A DNA stretch of 64,000 nt, from assembly GCA_951406725.2 (NCBI GenBank), contig OX597815.1, positions 205,654,001 to 205,718,000 of the forward strand. The letters are read 5' to 3'. Below are positions 60,674 through 64,000 of the stretch, piece by piece. A program made the position numbers and the translations under genes. Numbering within the stretch: position 1 is the first letter of the stretch; each line of letters starts with the position of its first letter. Origin of the DNA: Octopus vulgaris. Its lineage: Eukaryota. The notes under the pieces were generated by a model, which did not search any database, had not been told where the DNA came from, and saw nothing but the letters and a program-made list of their open reading frames with translations.

Positions 60674-63600
60674 CTAAAATTAAAAAAAAAAAAAAAAAAT
60701 GCCAAAATAAAGCATCTTCAATTAAATTTAACTAGGGTTAAATTGTACTTTAAATTTAATCAATTGAAATGATTTCATAGAGATAAGCATTTCATCATTA
60801 ATCATTAATCAATCAGTCGAGAAGGAAGACTGGTTCCTATTTTGTCAGTACTAAGAAAGCTTTTCAATTAACAACTTCACCCCTACTATCACTATTGGTC
60901 CTTAAGGGAGAAAAAAAAAATCATCTTGAATTTTAGCTTAATAAAGTATTAATGAATAAGTTTTAATGATTGATTTATGAGTGCATTTGTACAGCTTTAT
61001 TTATTAATAAAATATGTTTAGTCAGCACTTAAGTTAAAAATCTGACTGGACTTCTACAACTGTCATTTTTAAATTAACCATTTAGCATTAACTCATAGAT
61101 TCAAGATTTCAATGGTGTGATTGTTTTTAGAATGACATTGTCGGGTATGTGTGAGAGGCTGGATCTGGTCAGTTTGACCATAAAACAGGTAGAATATTTG
61201 GGCTATATATGACTGATTTAAATGCTAAAGAGCTAATGACTTTCTATTTTCTTTTCTAAGATATCAACTATTTGTAATATAACAAAGTTGTACAATAAGG
61301 ACTTCAGAGTAGCACTGAAATATTAAAATTATTCTGAGATATAACTCTATAGCTGATATTTCAAAACTCATTAATTACAGCTTTCAACATATGAAGTTTT
61401 GAATACTAGTTTCAATTCTCACTATATTTGTCCAACACCTACACAAAGCTCACTAAAGAAATGACTTTCCCAAAACAACTATTTTTATTACATTCCGTTT
61501 TCAATGCAAAAATGAGGAAATTGCAATGTTTGAGAAGACTAAATAAAGCCAATGTTAATTAAACATGCAACAGATTTGAAAATTATTTCTAATAATATCA
61601 AGTTAAAGATAGCAGAATACTCAATGCAGATACTACATTGCTTGTTATGAGGATATGCATGATATGCTTACAAAGAACTTCATTATATAACAAGAAAAAT
61701 ACATAACTAATTAAAGTTATTTAATCACAATATTAGACATCAATTGAAGTAACCCATGTTGGACATGAACAGAACCATAAAACAAGGATTCCATGCAGAA
61801 TCCATAAATAGTGCTATTGTGCTGTGTTAACTACTGTAAAAATATCCGGCCAATATTTAATTACAATTCCTCTACACTGTTACACATCACATTTCATTTA
61901 ATGTACCAACAAGAATTAACAATACTTTACAGTAATATTCATGAAATTTGGTATCATTGTAATTTACCAATATAATCATTATTAAATTAATGTCTATGTA
62001 TTAAAGTTGAAAAAGCTATCAAAGACCTACAGCAAAACTTTAAAAAGCAGACAAATTTAATAAGCAGAATGCAATCAAATCGAAAAATATAAATATCTTT
62101 AAAATTGGCAGCAATCAGTGGAAATAGGAAATGAAACATTGATTTATTGCACATTATAATGCTTTTATAAATAGTAATAAGAAATAATAATGGGTATTTG
62201 TATAACTTTCTTACATTATATACAAATTTGAAAATGAAAGTGAATTTATTTAGACAGAAATATAGATCAGAACCTATTATTATTACTGCAATTGTTTAAA
62301 TTCATTTAGTGTGTGATAAAGAAACATTAGAAAAACATGATAACTATAGAGTTTTGAGATTTGATCTACCAACTAAATTAGTATACTACAAAATTAGCTG
62401 TATTAATTAAAATGTTCTCATAAATGATAAACTAGTTTTTTGCTTAAAAAAAAAAAAAAGAAATTCCTCATGAAAACAGGAAATTAGATGAGACAGTAGA
62501 CCCTTTCCCCATATTTATTAGCTAGAAATCAAAATTGATTAATTGATTCCATATACTAAGCATATATACACTCTTGGCTTACCCATATCATTTTATCTAA
62601 ATTCGACTATCTAAAATCTATATCAAATAACTAGTTATATATTTTTGATGGTAACACATCACTTATGAAAATTAAGTGATTTGAGCTTATTTGAATTGAA
62701 TATTGTATATCACAGTATGTCAACCATTTCATACATACAACACACATACACACACAAGTGTGTGTGTGTGTGTGTGTGTGCACTTAAAACTAAAAAGTTA
62801 TTTAAACTTTTTGAAAAATAATTAAATATTGTGAATAAAAAAAATTTGAAACTGTTCTGATTAGTTTCATCCTTTAATTTTATTGACCTCATCACTCCCA
62901 ATCAAATTATTCCCAAATATTTTAAAACAAAATTTATCAATTTAATATCTAACAAAAACCATTCTTGCTTCCATTCCAAACAGAATAGAAACTTAATCAC
63001 AGAGAAAAATTTGGTTGTCCTTAATTCCACTTAATTTTAAGCTTTAAAAGAAGCTATCAGGATAAAAACTGTAAAGAGAAATAAAATCGGCCTAATTCTG
63101 AGCTGACATGGAATTCTCTAGAACATAGTGACATTCAAAGTGTCAGCATGACCCATAGAAGAATCAGATCAGCTATTTCAATTCCAGAAGGTTTAGATTC
63201 TGTCATTTTGTCCATATTTTGTGAGTCAGATTCAATGACAAAAAATTATCTCATAATACAGATTTGGAACTGGCACCTGCTATAAAGAATCAAACTCATA
63301 TTTTATAAACAAGGGAAGAGATTTTTTTTTATAATTTGATTAGGCATTATTTAGAAAAATGCATATCAATAATTGATCCAGTATTATCAACACGAAAATA
63401 GTTTGAGTATGCTAATAAAGGAAAGTAAGCGATAATGGTATTATTTGCATCCAATAGCAGTAAGTTTTGGCCATTGTACCATGGCTGATTTAATAAAATC
63501 ACCAGGCATTAAATTATACTCCAAAGTATCATTCTTCACTCATAAAATCAATACATATTATTTAATAAGAACAAATCCTTTTCTGTTTTTAGCCCTACAT

Positions 63601-63802
63601 TATATTTTAGACAATGCTATTATCCAAAATAATACTACCAAAAATATTTCCAATTTTTACATTAATGTTACAGAGAACCTGATAAATAAATAGACGATTT
63701 TTTTTATTCAGTTTAAAAATAGAGCTACTAATGCAAATTGGTCAGGATTAATTTAATAAAGTCTAATATCTCACATTCAATAGAAAAGTAAGAGAAACTT
63801 AC

Positions 63803-64000
63803 TTTTGACTGCATTAAAGATTTCATGATACTCCAGAGAGTCCTGCTTCTCTTGCCTTATACTACAGAACTCATCACAGTACAACATAGGGGCAGTGTCA
63901 TCGATTGGACTCAGTTGGGCAGCTGGGTTCTGAAGAGCTTTCATTAATTGCTCAGCATCAGTGTTTTCAATAGCAAGATTGATATTCTTCACGGCAACTT
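63803..64000 (-). CDS. IQGAP1: IQGAP exon (cut by window edge), IQGAP-repeat region
   Basis: VAVKNINLAIENTDAEQLMKALQNPAAQL...YHEIFNAVK; donor GTAAGT at 63802-63797, phase 1. Confidence 0.93.

Larger units (their letters stand above)
8677..64000 (-). other. IQGAP1: IQGAP1-like Ras GTPase-activating-like scaffold gene, 5'-partial (30 coding exons in window)
   Basis: 30 exons with GT-AG boundaries and matching phases give one open frame of 3800 nt ending ...VNVNLLIFLLNRKFYGR*, the typical IQGAP C-terminus. Domain order: IQGAP repeats, WW, 4 IQ, GRD, RGCT. Probably the single invertebrate IQGAP, so the paralog number is nominal. Confidence 0.97.

Noticed and set aside
62583-62610. Short exon candidates before GTAAGC
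   Set aside because: All AG choices either shift the frame or include a stop, and the acceptors are poor.

Overview
AT-rich eukaryotic (metazoan) genomic DNA, most likely a coleoid cephalopod such as Octopus, judged from the SINE, LINE and Helitron landscape as I recall it (not database-checked). The window is dominated by the 3' three quarters of an IQGAP1-like gene on the minus strand. I traced 30 GT-AG exons by hand from 64000 down to a TGA at 8677-8679; they join in frame (3800 nt, about 1265 aa) and cover IQGAP repeats, WW, four IQ motifs, a catalytically dead RasGAP-related domain and the RasGAP C-terminal domain. The N-terminus (CH domain) lies beyond the window. Introns and flanks carry tRNA-derived SINEs, RTE and CR1 LINE ends, Penelope-like remnants, Helitrons, MITEs and a young solo LTR. 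The best leads are: (1) a candidate 6-nt frame-preserving microexon with UGC and UGCAUG elements in the 8-kb repeat-poor intron; (2) a mariner element whose interior carries a captured RIC1 exon (Pack-type transduplication); (3) a Penelope-like 3' end with a variant minimal hammerhead ribozyme in sense to the IQGAP pre-mRNA; (4) several long intronic fold-backs and inverted SINE pairs (ADAR and circRNA candidates). No prokaryotic-type systems are present.
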